Of a stretch of 64,000 nt of DNA, positions 36,833 to 50,141 are shown piece by piece. Where the stretch lies: NCBI RefSeq assembly GCF_006345805.1, contig NC_043004.1:34596001-34660000 (forward strand), written 5' to 3'. The notes beneath the pieces were generated by a model that saw only the letters and a program-made list of their open reading frames with translations, searched no databases and had not been told where the DNA came from. The translations under genes and the position numbers were made by a program. Source of the stretch: Octopus sinensis. Its lineage: Eukaryota. Positions within the stretch are counted from its first letter, which is position 1. Every line of letters starts with the position of its first letter.

Positions 36833-39446
36833 TCAATTTTATCAACCATCATTCAACTGACCTGGTCATTATTAATCTGACTGTATTAGTCATTCTTAAC
36901 TTGCTTTAACCAGTCGTTACTGAAATGATATTTCTCATAACTTGACCAATGTCGTTCTCAGTGGTCACTCATTGATCTTTGTGGCTTGTGGAACCTGCAG
37001 GTCATCTTGATTATTTTAGAAAGCAGACATCATAAAATATGGCCATTAACACAAAGTCATTAGGTGCTGGTATGGTCCAGTGGTGAAGAGTTTCATTCAT
37101 AACCATGAAGAGCTGAGTTCCATCCCATTGTACAGCACTTTGGACGGCTAACTTTTGCTGTGCCTTGTGAATGGAATTTGGTAAATAGAAACTATGTAGA
37201 AAACCGTCATGTGATTCACATATGTATGTATATTTCGTTGTTGTGTATTGGCAAACGATGCGAACATTGACCTGAAAACTTGATATGCAGAGTTCTTTGA
37301 GTAAAGTGCCACATTTTGTGAACAAATGTCCTCTACTGTGGCGTTGGGCTGGCTAATGCCTCATGAGTGAATTTAGTGGTTGGAAACTGTGTGGAACCCC
37401 ATTATGTATGTGTATACTCCCCATAATTTTCAAGGAAAGTAATTTATTGTTTAAGCCTTTAATTTCTGAATTAGGTGACCATGACTAGAGAGCTGTCCAA
37501 ACAATCGTGTAACGAAAAGAAGCACATTTAACAAAAATATGAAGATCCTTAATAAAACAGTCTGAACTGTATAATTTACAAATCCTTCATTTCAAGAACT
37601 GCTTTCTTGTTTTCTAAGAGGGAAGAAATAACCGTTGCAGAAGAATGTTGGGAAGTATAGTTTAGAGTTGGACCTTCAAACAGTAAGCAGAATGGTCCTT
37701 CTTGCTCTCTAAGTCAACCTGATCAAAGCCATTTGCATTAATACTTACAAAACTTCAACAAGATGAGAAGTCAGATCAATTTTGAGAATATTTCAACTCA
37801 GAACTTGGCTGCAGTCTTTGAATGATATTATTTTCTCCATTTCATTATCATTATTTATAATATTTTATCGTGATAAATGTAAATTCAAAGCTAGTCATAT
37901 TATTTAAGCATTTGATCTAAATGCAACCAAGCAGAATAAACAAGTTAGACTTCAAATAATCAAGAAAAATCGTGCATTCTTGAAACAATTAGGATTTCAT
38001 AAGGAAAATGACTGAAGGCAATTCCTTTGATCTGTGAACATAATTCCACAGCTGATGAAGGTTCGGTTGTGTTTTGAATCCAGCAAGAAAGCAATTTAAG
38101 TATGTCAAAACAAACGGTTCTAATTTTCTCAAACACATGTTTCATTCCCAGCCAAGTGGACAAAGATCAGCTGTTTAAATTTCAAGATGTAAGAGTCAAA
38201 GATACTCTAATAAATATAAGTGAATGTTCTCCTCTATTAACACTACTTACAACTGATGGACACAGAAGACTATCATTAGATTCCTTCCTTGATTCCAAAT
38301 AACACCTGCAGAGAAAATGTTTTACCATAGCTTCGGAATCATGAATAACTAGAGTAAGATAAATATTTAATGCAATTTCCTTATTGATGGCAACTCACTA
38401 GTGGTAAACAACAAGCTTTGACGCCATATTCAAAAGAAGAAGTTGATTGAACTGCAAGCTAGATCACTTTGCTGCTGTTTCTTGAGTTGTTATTTCAATA
38501 TGATCAAAGGAAAAGTTAATAGTTCAAAAGACAGGGTGGTGAGGAATATTTTTATTACTATCATTTATGTAATTTAAAATTATCCTCAGACAACCTGCAA
38601 GGAAACACCGACTGCAAATATTTAAACCAGAATTTTTAAATTTATTTTTTTATTTCTATCAGAACCGATTCGAGTGTCAGTTCCTGATTTGTGATCCGTG
38701 ATTCTGATTTCCTGCAGGGATGTGTGATAATGAATTAACGGTCGTTTGAACAAAAGATACATTGCTGTCACTTAACAAGATAATAATTCAATATGACATC
38801 GCTGTGTAAGTGATGGCTGTGTCGATTGTGATTTCGCCATTAGGAGGAAAATAAACATTTTGATAACATGTAGCAGCCTTTTGACTCTTTAATGTCTAGG
38901 AAAACACAAGGAGAAATATGGAAACCCATTGTTGATATAATTATCTAAATTCTGAGGTCACTTCAATGATTGAAATTAAATTAATCACTTTTCACGTTCC
39001 ATAAGTGTAAATCTACAACTATTTAATACTGGACTTAGCACTTCTTCCAATTTTTTTCCAAACATACTATATCCATGATTTTGATGTGTGCAAAACTATA
39101 GTGCATGTACACACATACATACACATGCGCACACACACACACACACACTCACACACATACACAAATACAGATACATGCATGCACACACACACACCCACAC
39201 ACATACACACATATCTCAAAGGTAAATGAACGCCATTGTTTTTAAATGATTTATTTCTAGAAAGAAAATGTCATTTGATGCATTTAAAAACATTCATCCT
39301 AGGTTTTACAAGGACAAAATGCCTTATGCAGCTTTTAAGAATTTAATCCCTTTGAGCATTCTACTAATGAGTTCCCAGAGATAAAACAGTATAAGGAGTG
39401 ATCTCTATATACTTTTGGGATGCCTTTGTATGTGTGTGTGTGTGTG

Positions 39447-39530
<84 letters not shown>

Positions 39531-39533
<3 letters not shown>

Positions 39534-39940
39534 CGCAGGAGTGGCTGTGTGGTAAGTAGCTTGCTAACCAACCACATGGTTCTGGGTTCAGTCCCACTGC
39601 GTGGCATCTTGGGCAAGTGTCTTCTGCTATAGCCCCGGGCCGACCAATGCCTTGTGAGTGGATTTGGTAGACAGAAACTGAAAGAAGCCTATCGTATATA
39701 TGTATATATATATAAGTGTGTGTGTATATGTTTGTGTGTCTGTGTTTGTCCCCCTAGCATTGCTTGACAACCGATGCTGGTGTGTTTATGTCCCCGTCAC
39801 TTAGCGGTTCGGCAAAAGAGACCGATAGAATAAGTACTGGGCTTACAAAGAATAAGTCCCGGGGTCGGTTTGCTCGACTAAAGGCAGAGCTCTAGCATGG
39901 CCGCAGTCAAATGACTGAAACAAGTAAAAGAGTAAAAGAG
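39531..39940 (+). mobile_element. SINE family B, full length, young
   Basis: tRNA-like head ggcgcaggagtggctgtgtggtaag..gggttcagtccc, internal (TA)/(TG), tail ending (AGTAAAAG)2. Confidence 0.93.
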
Positions 39941-40445
39941 TATATATATATATATATATTGTTAAATGCATATGATTTGTGTATTTTCTGGTGGCTGCAA
40001 TGATGTAATGGAGTATACAACTCTCATGTCACCTGTGTTAAAACATCTTAGAGCCATGGACAGGTGAGATAACTCACCCTCAGTCCCATCTGAGAGTGAT
40101 AGACATCAATGTTTCACCATTTTTGTGGCTTATCAACACCACCTCCCTGCACGAGGAGTCAGTTAGCCAGTCCAATGACTTATATGCTGATGGTTTGTAA
40201 ACTCATGAGCTGGTATACCTGGAAATTGCATACCTAAGAGAAAATTCTAATACGAAGTGAAAGCAGATCTATTATAATAAGTATCATTAAATACATATAC
40301 TAATGTATATACTTTGTGTATTTCCCAGTGGCTGCAATGGCATAGCGCAGTATATAACTCTCATGTTGCCAATGTTAAAACACCTTATAGTTGTGGACAG
40401 GCAACATAACTAACCTTCTATCCCATTTAGGAGTGATAGACATCG

Positions 40446-40486
<41 letters not shown>

Positions 40487-40492
40487 CCCACA

Positions 40493-40720
40493 TGATGGGT
40501 GATGAAAAGTTTAGGGCTTAGGGTAAAAGAAAATACAGGAGGATCAGTTAATTAGGATTCTATTTAACATATTCCCCTCTCAGATTCACACACTTATTGC
40601 AGTGGTCCTTCAGTTTTTCTAAGCCCTTTAATATATATGAGGTGGTGCTCAAAAATTCCTGGCTTTAAGGGTGTCGTGAAAGGCCTGGTTAGGGGCCCAT
40701 CATTCTGAGTTCTTGTAAAG
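40493..40720 (+). mobile_element. Two adjacent mariner-like terminal fragments
   Basis: catgatgggtgatgaaaagttt and tatgaggtggtgctcaaaaattcctggcttt resemble mariner TIR starts. Confidence 0.4.
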
Positions 40721-41540
40721 GGGTTAGAAAAACTGAAGGACTGCTAAAATAAATGTAGGAATCTGAGAAGGGAATATGTTGAATAAAATCGGTAAAGCCA
40801 TACAGACCAGCTATATCTATCTTTATATACATGTGTGTGTGTGTGTGTGCGTGTGTATGTATATATATGAATACACACATACATATTTATAAGAAAAGAT
40901 CTATGTGGTAGTGTGAAGTGGCTTGCTGTGAAATGGAAGATATCAAAATGAGATATTTATCGAAATATGGTATTGATGATACACAAATCGGTAAGTCATT
41001 TACTCAACTAGTAAAATTACTTCTATTTAATGAAGAAATATATCAAATTGAGATACTTCTGATGTCGAAAACAATATTCTTCATTGCATTCTTCACTATA
41101 AATCTATTTTACAGAATTAATACATAACAGTGTATTTTTTTTTGTTTTTTGTTTTTTTTATCTCTTAGCAATATTGGTGAAGAGAAATTTCTCTAAAAAC
41201 TTCAATAAATCATCATTCTCACCATTGCCATCATCCTCCCCACCACCTTCCTCATCATTATGTTTGTCATTGTCATCATCATCATCATAATCGTCATCAT
41301 CGTTGTTGTCATTTTTATCATCATTACAATTACCAACATAATCATCATCATCATCATTGTCGTTATTATCATCAGCATTACCAGCATCATCATCATCGTC
41401 ATCGTTGTCATCATCATTGTCATCTTCCTCCTCCTCCACCCATTCTTCCTCTCCTCCTTCTCCTCCTCACCATCATCACTGTAGGAAGGACAACAGCATA
41501 AAGCAACCCAGCAGTCTTGTAGATCCAATCATTAACGAAG

Positions 41541-41852
41541 ACATACATACATACATACATACATACATACATACATACATACATACATACATAAATACAT
41601 ACATACATACATACATACATACATAAATACATACATACATACATACATACATACATACATACATACATACATACATGCATACATGCATACATACATACAT
41701 ACATACATACATACATACATACATACATACATACATACATACATACATACATACATACATACATACATACATGCATACATGCATACATACATACATACAT
41801 ACATACACAAACATACATACATACATACATACATACATACATACATACATGC
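41541..41852. repeat. (ATAC)n microsatellite, about 310 bp
   Basis: Read directly; explains the MYVC/HTYI ORFs. Confidence 0.98.
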
Positions 41853-42034
41853 ATAAGTACGTATGTACGTATGCATGTATGTCAATGTATTTGTCATAGA
41901 ATTATATTTTTTTGAAAATGCTTAATCTATTATTAATTCATTCTGAAATTTTCATGTGGAATGTAGATTGGTTCAGGAACTGAATTATCAAAGGTATACA
42001 CACAAACACATACACACACATACACAAGCACATG

Positions 42035-42066
<32 letters not shown>

Positions 42067-42277
42067 AAAAAATTAACTGTGAAAGAATCAAAATGTCTTG
42101 TCATCATTTATAAAGCTATAAACCACTAATGGAGCCACTCTAGTGGTAATAACAAACCAATGACTTGTGTCAGTAGAGACACATCATAAGTTTTTCATTA
42201 CTGCTCAATGAACTTTAAAAGAAAATCTCTGGGTTATATCATGTTATAAAAAAAAATGACCAACAAGCATTTACTTA

Positions 42278-42429
42278 AATTATTTACATTATTTACATTT
42301 GACAGATATTTGTCCTCATCTTGTTTGTTGGTAACACAATGATTCGGCTGATATACCCTCCAGCCTGCATCGTGGGGAAATTTCGAACCTGGGTTCTCAT
42401 TCCTAAGGTATTTATCAATGTTGTTGTTG

Positions 42430-42468
<39 letters not shown>

Positions 42469-42560
42469 TCACTGCCTAGAATCGAACTCAGAATTTTTGG
42501 GTTAGTAGCCTGCGCTCTTAACCACTACGCCAAGATTCCGAGTTTGATTCCAGGCAGCGA

Positions 42561-42634
<74 letters not shown>

Positions 42635-42816
42635 TGGAAAAATACCTTAGGAATGAGAACCCAGGTTCGAAATTTCCCCAAGACACCTGATGAAGGCTGG
42701 AGGGTGTATCAGCTGAAACATTGTGTTAACAACAAAACAAGATAAGGACAAATATCTGTCAAATGTAAATAATGTAAATAATGTACATAATTTCTCATCT
42801 CTTAAATACAGAACTG
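42278..42816. mobile_element. Head-to-head inverted pair of the tRNA-head/hammerhead pLTR module with TSD
   Basis: Arms 42281-42499 (minus) and 42531-42780 (plus); flanked by AAGCATTT(A/C)CTTA at 42265-42277 and 42817-42829. Confidence 0.85.
42682..42727 (+). ncRNA. Minimal hammerhead motif (helix III mutated)
   Basis: GACAC CUGAUGA A GGCUG..CAGCU GAAAC AUU GUGUU; the G of the GUU triplet has become A. Confidence 0.6.
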
Positions 42817-43404
42817 AAGCATTTCCTTATAATTAAATTATATATACACATGTAAGTGAAGTGACATCCAAAAACAAGAAGACATGTTAACACCCTGGAC
42901 TAAAAGGATTCACCTTCACTGTGCATCGGGTCCCTGTGCTTAGGGTCCCTGTGCATAACAGCTTTTTATCTTGGTTGACTTTGAATGTCATTGCTCAATC
43001 ATTACTGCTGAACCCCTGGTCAGTCCTCATTGAGCTAAGCCATTAATTTAAGGAGTTCCAACAACGACCAATCTATTATTTTATTGACATTATGTAGCTA
43101 GTACTACACTATCCAATGTGTCCATCTCCTCTCCAAGGTAATAAGGTGTGATATGAGGAAGATTTAGCTTCTGTTTTTTTTGGGGTTTTTTATGAGCAGT
43201 GTAACAACATTGATATTTTTTCTTTGGTTCATAAAAGACAAACGTAACTCAAGTGGTATTGGAAATCCCTTTTATTTGGGATCAAACGAAATCCTGTTTG
43301 AATTTTAATGGGAACCCAACCCTTTTCTGCTGCTCTTTGCCCATTTATTGTCATTAGCAGAAAAATGCACATGTTGATGACACAAGATATCATACTGCTT
43401 TTTG

Positions 43405-44001
43405 TATTGGGTTGTCCAGAAAGTTCATGCCGATTTTTAAAGGGAAAGAAAAAAGTCAATAAATACTTGCCATTATATTTTTAATCAACTAAATACGAAC
43501 CATTTTGTTGCACAATGTGTCTCCATCTTTCCTTTAACTTGAAAATACCCTCTTCCCAGAATTGAGGTGGTTTCAGGGCAAAGAATTCATCAAGGTATCT
43601 TTTTATGTCATCCGAGGAATTGAAATTAAGACTATTAATTACCATTAAGACTTAATTACCATTAAGACTATTCTTCAGAGACCTGAATAAGTGGAAATCC
43701 GAAGGAGTAATATCTGGTGAATGTGGAGGGTCAGGTAACACATCCCAGCCGAGCTGCAGCAATTTTTGTCAGGTTCCCAAGGCATCAAGTGCTGAAAATG
43801 AACTTTCTTATCTTCCATTTTAAAGGTTACAGAATTAACACAGGTTATAGGAACATAAACCTTCTTCCACGAAAAGATAGCTTAAACTGTGCTCTAAATG
43901 GAGGTGTAATCAAATCCTATTTTATGGATTCAAACATGTTCTAAAGTAAATCAAAAGGTAAGCTACTATAAATCAGCACAAGCTTTCTGGACAACCCAAT
44001 A
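43405..44001 (-). mobile_element. Internally deleted mariner transposon with both TIRs and TA target duplication
   Basis: TA-TTGGGTTGTCCAGAAAG at 43405 and its reverse complement ending at 44001; minus strand MEDKKVHFQHLMPW and PPHSPDITPSDFHLFRSLKN (YSPDLAPSD motif). Confidence 0.92.
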
Positions 44002-46231
44002 TAATCTGCTACTAATTTTGTCATCATAATTAAAATGTTGATATTATTATTAAGCGGTCATACTAATGAATTTAAAGTCTACCAGAAAGTCACATATTGG
44101 AGAGTTTGTAATCAATCGAGTCGATCCAATCAACTTAAATAATTGACCAGCACCCTTTTAATCTACACAAGGGGGATGAAAAGCAAAGTTGATATTATGT
44201 GTGTGTGTGTGGATATTGGTATGGTGAGGGGTGGGTCTGTGTACCTTTCCTTGTGTCGACTTTGGGCAATTGATGTAGAAGAGTGCTACTGTCACACAAG
44301 CCGTGGAACTCACTTTCAGTCTTCCTTGAAATCGTGTTCAGCCACAGGGGAATAAGGATTTCATTTTGAAACGGGTGAAGATTGCCGACAGGGAGATCAT
44401 CCATTCTCAGAAATTCTGCTTCAATAAATTCTGTCTGACCCATGAAAGCATGGCAAAATGGACGTTAAAATGATGAGGATGACGATGATAGTGATGATGA
44501 TGATGATGATGATGAGTTGGTTTGGCAATTCTGCTGAGTCATCACCATTATACACTGACTGAATGTACCAAGGTGGAAGAATTATAACAACAATTATAAG
44601 AAGGAGTGGTGGAAAGAGCATCAGGGTGGAGAAAGAAGAGGAGAAGGGATGGATGGATGGATGGATGGGTGGTTGCACAATTCTGTCATTGTGAACAAGG
44701 TCTAACATTTCTATTAATTTGGCCAGATAATCAGTTATATGCAAATTGGAGTTTTGTAGTTGTAATTTTTTATCCCAACAGGGTTAGTTTTGTTTTGCTT
44801 CTGTTGGTGGTTAATAAAATAAGTATTAGAGCTGAAACAAAACGATGTTTATCAACTACACTCCCTCAACATACTAAATGGGATTAAAGCTGTGTAAAAG
44901 ATAAATAATAAATTATGTACTATCCATAACAAGGCCCCTGATGCACTTTCAAATGCTATTTGGTAGCTGTTCAATTTCCATTTTGCTAATTCATTTAGTT
45001 TTTTCGTAATCCCAAGAGTTGGCCTCACCCATGTTTTTTCTGTACCTAGAACTGCATTATTAACTTGTGGTATTTTAAAACTAAAGCTATTACAATAAAC
45101 TATGAAAGTTTGAAACTGGAACTTTGTTGACACTTGGGATTGCAAAACTAGATTCATTACTACTGAAGAAATTATGAAGTTTAATTCCTGTTCTATTCTT
45201 ATGTGCTACTCCATGGGACAGCAAAAATACGAAAAAGTAGAAAAATTGTTGAAACTTTTAATGACTTTTGAATATTTTATATGCAAAGCTTCTTCAATTT
45301 GCAGTAATTTTTCTTGAAAATTATGAAAGTAATTTCTCTCAGATTACACTTTATTTTCCCTTTTGTTTTGCACCAAATGTTTATCGCATATCCAACCAGT
45401 TTTCTATACAGAAGACATTAATTTTCAACAATAAGACATCAAGTTACAATCATAATATTTGGCTGAAACCATTGGGGAGATAAACTAAATCTAACCTCTA
45501 AAATGTATGTGATAAATGTTTATATTTCTTTTGTATTTGATGATATTTCTTGCAGTTCCATAACAGAGTGAATATTCCCTAAAGTGTTTTAAATTTGGGT
45601 TGTATAAATGAGGACTGAATCTGTTATCACTTAATGTCAAAAGAAATATTGTGTATGTTAATGGCAAATCAATAGTATTAGAAACACAAGCAAGAATCAC
45701 AACCAGCCAAACTAATTCCCAGCTCTACAAACCAGAAAACTAACCTTCCTGGTTATTTGGCAAGTGCTTGCTACACTTCAACAGTCATCAGCAACTTAAT
45801 TTTGAAGAGAAACGTTCGTTTTATTATCTGTTTTCCAAGTGCAATAACATGAAAATAGATATATGGCTGAAAGTTAAATAGAAATTCATGTTTTATGTCA
45901 GGTTAAAATTAAGTCTTAAATAGCTATTTCCAACATGGCAATGAGAATCTGAAAGATCTCTTAATTCAAAATGTCTGAGTTGTTAACATATTTAAATACC
46001 GAATGGTTTTTTCATATGACTAAAAATGCTGGAGTTGACAAATACTACTTTTTATACAATGAAGATGAAGAGCTCTGATTAAAGATGCATAAATAGTTCA
46101 GGGTAGAAACAATAAAAGATAATGGCTAAGTATTTGTTGTCTGAAATACCAAGTTTCAATAAATATGAGTGCACATTTGTAATTGTGCCTTTTATTTTAA
46201 GAAGGAAAACTATTCAATTAGTATATGTGAG

Positions 46232-46500
46232 AGGATTTGGTAGACGGAAACGGAAAGAAGCCCATCGTATATATATACATACATATGTGTGTGTATATGT
46301 TTGTGTGTCTGCGTTTGTCCCTGCACCATCACTTGACAACCGATGCTGGTGTGTTTACATTCCCATAACTTAGCAGTTCAGCAAAGAGACCGATAGAATA
46401 AGTACTAGGCTTACAAAGAATAAGTCCTGGGGTTGATTTGTTCAACTAAAGGTGGTGTTCCAGCATGGCCGCAGTCAAATGACTGAAACAAATAAAAAAG
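46232..46500 (+). mobile_element. SINE family B, 5'-truncated
   Basis: ggatttggtagacggaaacggaaagaagccc..ccagcatggccgcagtcaaatgactgaaac. Confidence 0.88.
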
Positions 46501-46571
46501 AACAAAAAAGAAAAAATGAATATACATAGATATATATATACATATATATATATATATAATATATATATCTG

Positions 46572-46616
<45 letters not shown>

Positions 46617-46659
46617 TATATATATATCTGTATATACATATATATATATATATATATTC

Positions 46660-46894
46660 GGTTAAGTAATTGAGATTCTAGTGAATTCTAAAGAATTCAC
46701 ATGAATATGGTCCTTAACTAGGATGCACCGGATATCTATATGGTGTTAGCCATATGACAAGTGGGGTGATTATAAATAGGAAAAAAGCAACAAGAATGGA
46801 TTAAAATCTCGGTATGATCGTTTCGTACGAGGACATCTTTAATAAGCTACAAAAAATGCAGTGAATACAGATGGCTCGTACTCGTCAGCCATAC
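46660..46894 (-). mobile_element. PLE pLTR-like remnant inside (TA)n
   Basis: Hammerhead-like motif followed by sequence similar to 9200-9350 (tataatcacccca..gttaag..atattcat.tgaat). Confidence 0.55.
46812..46894 (-). ncRNA. Hammerhead-like motif with extended helix II
   Basis: GUAUGG CUGACGA GUACGAG..CUCGUAC GAAAC GA UCAUAC: intact core, perfect 7-bp helix II, 6-bp helix I; cleavage triplet irregular. Confidence 0.6.
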
Positions 46895-46921
46895 ATATAT
46901 ACAGATATATATATAATATAT

Positions 46922-46955
<34 letters not shown>

Positions 46956-47070
46956 CATACATATATATATATATATATATCTGTATATATGTATGTATGT
47001 ATATATATACATATATACATATATATATATATAATATATATATATATACATACATACATATACACAGATA

Positions 47071-47185
<115 letters not shown>

Positions 47186-48143
47186 CATATTTATTCCTGC
47201 ATAATAATATAAAACAAAGCATCAGGATTAAATGGGGTAGTAATTTTATCCTCAAAGTGTAAAATAAAGGCTATGATGATAAAATATATTGTTGGTTTTT
47301 TGGTACAAGCTGAAGGGTCGAATTGTATTAAAGCTGGCATTATACTCAAGTGAATATGATACACTTTACAGGATATATTTCATCTTATATGATAAAATAG
47401 ACATTATATGACATATAACATATTAAATAATATATTATTTATTATAGGATATATTGGATATTCAAGGCATCAATTTGAGAGAGAAACAAGCAACAAGTGG
47501 GGAGACTTGAAAAAAAGCAACTTTTATTTGCTGGCAACCCTTAAGTGATTGAGATATGGTTTGATTCTCATTAATGGCCCTGTTTTCTTTTCCTCTTGTG
47601 GGTTGGTATTTATAATATCTAATAACATTTACATTAAAATCTTAGAATAATTTATAATCATGAGCTTTTTTTTTGTTTTACTATTTCAGAAAAACAGCAT
47701 TTTATCAAGTACCTCTTGAGATATATACCATACCATTTAAATAAATTATCATCCAATTTCAGATGTTGTGAAAGAAAGGAAAAAGATCTTAAAATAAATA
47801 TATGTACATGAATATGTCTATCTTTATACATATCTGAAATTCCAATCATTTACATCTGGTGTTTTAACAATTTACAAACAAAATATGCTGTAGCTGATAT
47901 ATGTAAAACGCTATTTCAAACAGATCATTCGATGGAAAGACAATTCAAAGTGCGGTAGAACCTTTCTTTTATTATACATTCTATAATCAGATATTGCTAA
48001 AGATATAAACCTTCAATATTTATATAAATTGACAACATGAGTGATGATTCCTCAATGTGATACTAAAACAGAATCACAATAAATTTGCCTTTTCAAAAAA
48101 TTCAAAGAAGAACTTCATTATCAAACATGTAAAGTATATTCTG

Positions 48144-48400
48144 GTGGAGGCACGTGGCTTAGTGGTTAGGATGTCAACATCATGATCGTAAGATTGTAGT
48201 TTCGATTCCTGGACCAGGTGACACGTTGTGTTCTTGAGCAAAACACTTCATTTCACGTTGCACCAATCCACTCAACTGGCAAAAATGAGTAACGCTGTGA
48301 TGGACTGGCGTCCCATCCAGCTGGGGAACACGTACGCCATTGAAACCGGGAAACCGGGCCCATGAGCCTGGCTAGGCTTTAAAAGGGCGTATTTATATTT
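48144..48400 (+). mobile_element. tRNA-derived SINE (third body/tail type), young
   Basis: ggaggcacgtggcttagtggttagg A-box, gtttcgattcc B-box, gatggactggcgtcccatccag domain, A/T tail. Confidence 0.85.
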
Positions 48401-48546
48401 ATTTTAAAGTATATTCTACTGACAGCATCCGTTCATGCTTTTTACAGCCAACTATTTGTGTTAGAGATGAAGTTAAATGATTTGTAATGGTTGGATGATG
48501 ACCCCAGCCCTAAATGCCTATACTAAATATATTCTTATTGTATATA

Positions 48547-48917
48547 GGTGTGGCTGTGTGGTAAGTAGCTTGCTTACCAGCCACATGGTCCTGCATGGCA
48601 CCATGGGCAAGTGTCATTTACTATAGCCCTTGGGCCAACCAAAACCTTGTGAGTGGATCTGGTGGACAGAAACTGAAAGAAGCCCATCGTATATATAATT
48701 ATGTGTGCGTGTGTGTGTTAGTATGTCTGCGTTTGTCCTCCCAACATCGCTTGGCAACCGATACTGGTGTGTTTACGTCCCCATAATTTAGCGATTCAGC
48801 CTAAGACACAGATAGAATACATACTTGGTTTACAAAGAATAAGTACTGGGATTGATTTGTTCAACTAATGGTGGTACTCCAGCATGGCCACAGTCAAATG
48901 ACCGAAACAAATAAAGA
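48547..48917 (+). mobile_element. SINE family B
   Basis: Collinear with 39531-39940. Confidence 0.88.
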
Positions 48918-49627
48918 TGTTGGTAGACATGGGTAAGATTTTCCATCATTGTAAACTTTCATGTCTCTGAGAAAACAAATATTTTGTTTTCTCAAAGACA
49001 TGAATCTCAAAGACATGAATCAATAGAACTAATAAGGATTCTTAGAAATTAGAAATTGGAGCAGGAGTGGCTGTGTGGTTAAGAAGTTTGCTTCCCAACC
49101 ACATGGTTTTGGGTTCAGTTCCACTGTGTGGTACCTTGAGAAGGTTTCTTTGACTATAGATCTGTGTTAACCATAGCTTTGTGAGCGTATTTCGAAGCTA
49201 GAAACTGAAAGAAGCCCATTGTATATATGTGTGTATTTTCATCTTCTTGTGTTGGCTTCACATGATATCACAAGCAATGTCATTCATTGTCAATATTCTG
49301 TGAGAACGTTTGCAGCAGTGGGGAAGTGTTAGTTTGCTTGGAAACAGCTGGAGGCTGGCCATGGGGAGGGCAGCAGAAAGGGCATCTGGTGGTAGAATAT
49401 CTGCCTCAGTAATTTCTGTGTAAGCCATGTGTGTTTAAAATGTTGATAATAAGGATGATGATGATGATGATGATGTGGTGGTGGTGGTGGTGATAATGAT
49501 GATTTAGAAATTGGTGAGACACAAAAGGTGAACGAGTAAACTCTTTATTGGAATAATGAATTCAGATCAAATACAAAGATATAAATTAATGAAAACTTCA
49601 GAGTTTTGTGACATAACAGCTCACAAT

Positions 49628-49850
49628 TTTCTTCTTTTATTCTTTTATTTGTTTCAGTCATTTGACTGTCGCCATGCTGGGGCACCGCCTTTAGTCGAGC
49701 AAATCAACCCCAGAACTTATTCTTTATAAGCCTAGCACTTATTCTATTGGTCTCTTTTGCCTAACTACTAAGCTACAAGGATGTAAACACACCAACATTG
49801 GTTATCAAGTGATGGTGGGGGAAGAAACACAGACACACAAATACATACAT
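49628..49850 (-). mobile_element. SINE family B 3' half
   Basis: gtttcagtcatttgactg..gccatgctggggcaccgcctttagtcgagcaaatc matches 27.66 kb. Confidence 0.88.
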
Positions 49851-49950
49851 ACATACATATATATATATAAATAATATATATTGGTAAAAACGGTAAGCTA
49901 ACAAAAGAAAGAAAGAGACCTCAATATTATGTAAATTGAGAAATTTATCT

Positions 49951-50088
49951 GTAAATGTAATATGTGACAATTATTTGGTAGCCAAGATAAAACTCTGAGT
50001 TTCGGATGCCGAGGTGGAAATCCACACCCCGGCATCCGAAAATCAGAGTTTTATCTTGGCTACCGAATAATTGTCACATTATATTTAC
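49951..50088. repeat. Inverted repeat, 50-bp core with 2 mismatches (probable inverted pLTR)
   Basis: 49962-50011 versus 50030-50079; 18-nt loop; block flanked by (TA)n. Confidence 0.9.
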
Positions 50089-50098
50089 ATATAAATAC

Positions 50099-50141
<43 letters not shown>

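Noticed and set aside
38052-38075. CTGATGAAG motif
   Set aside because: No downstream stem or GAAA.
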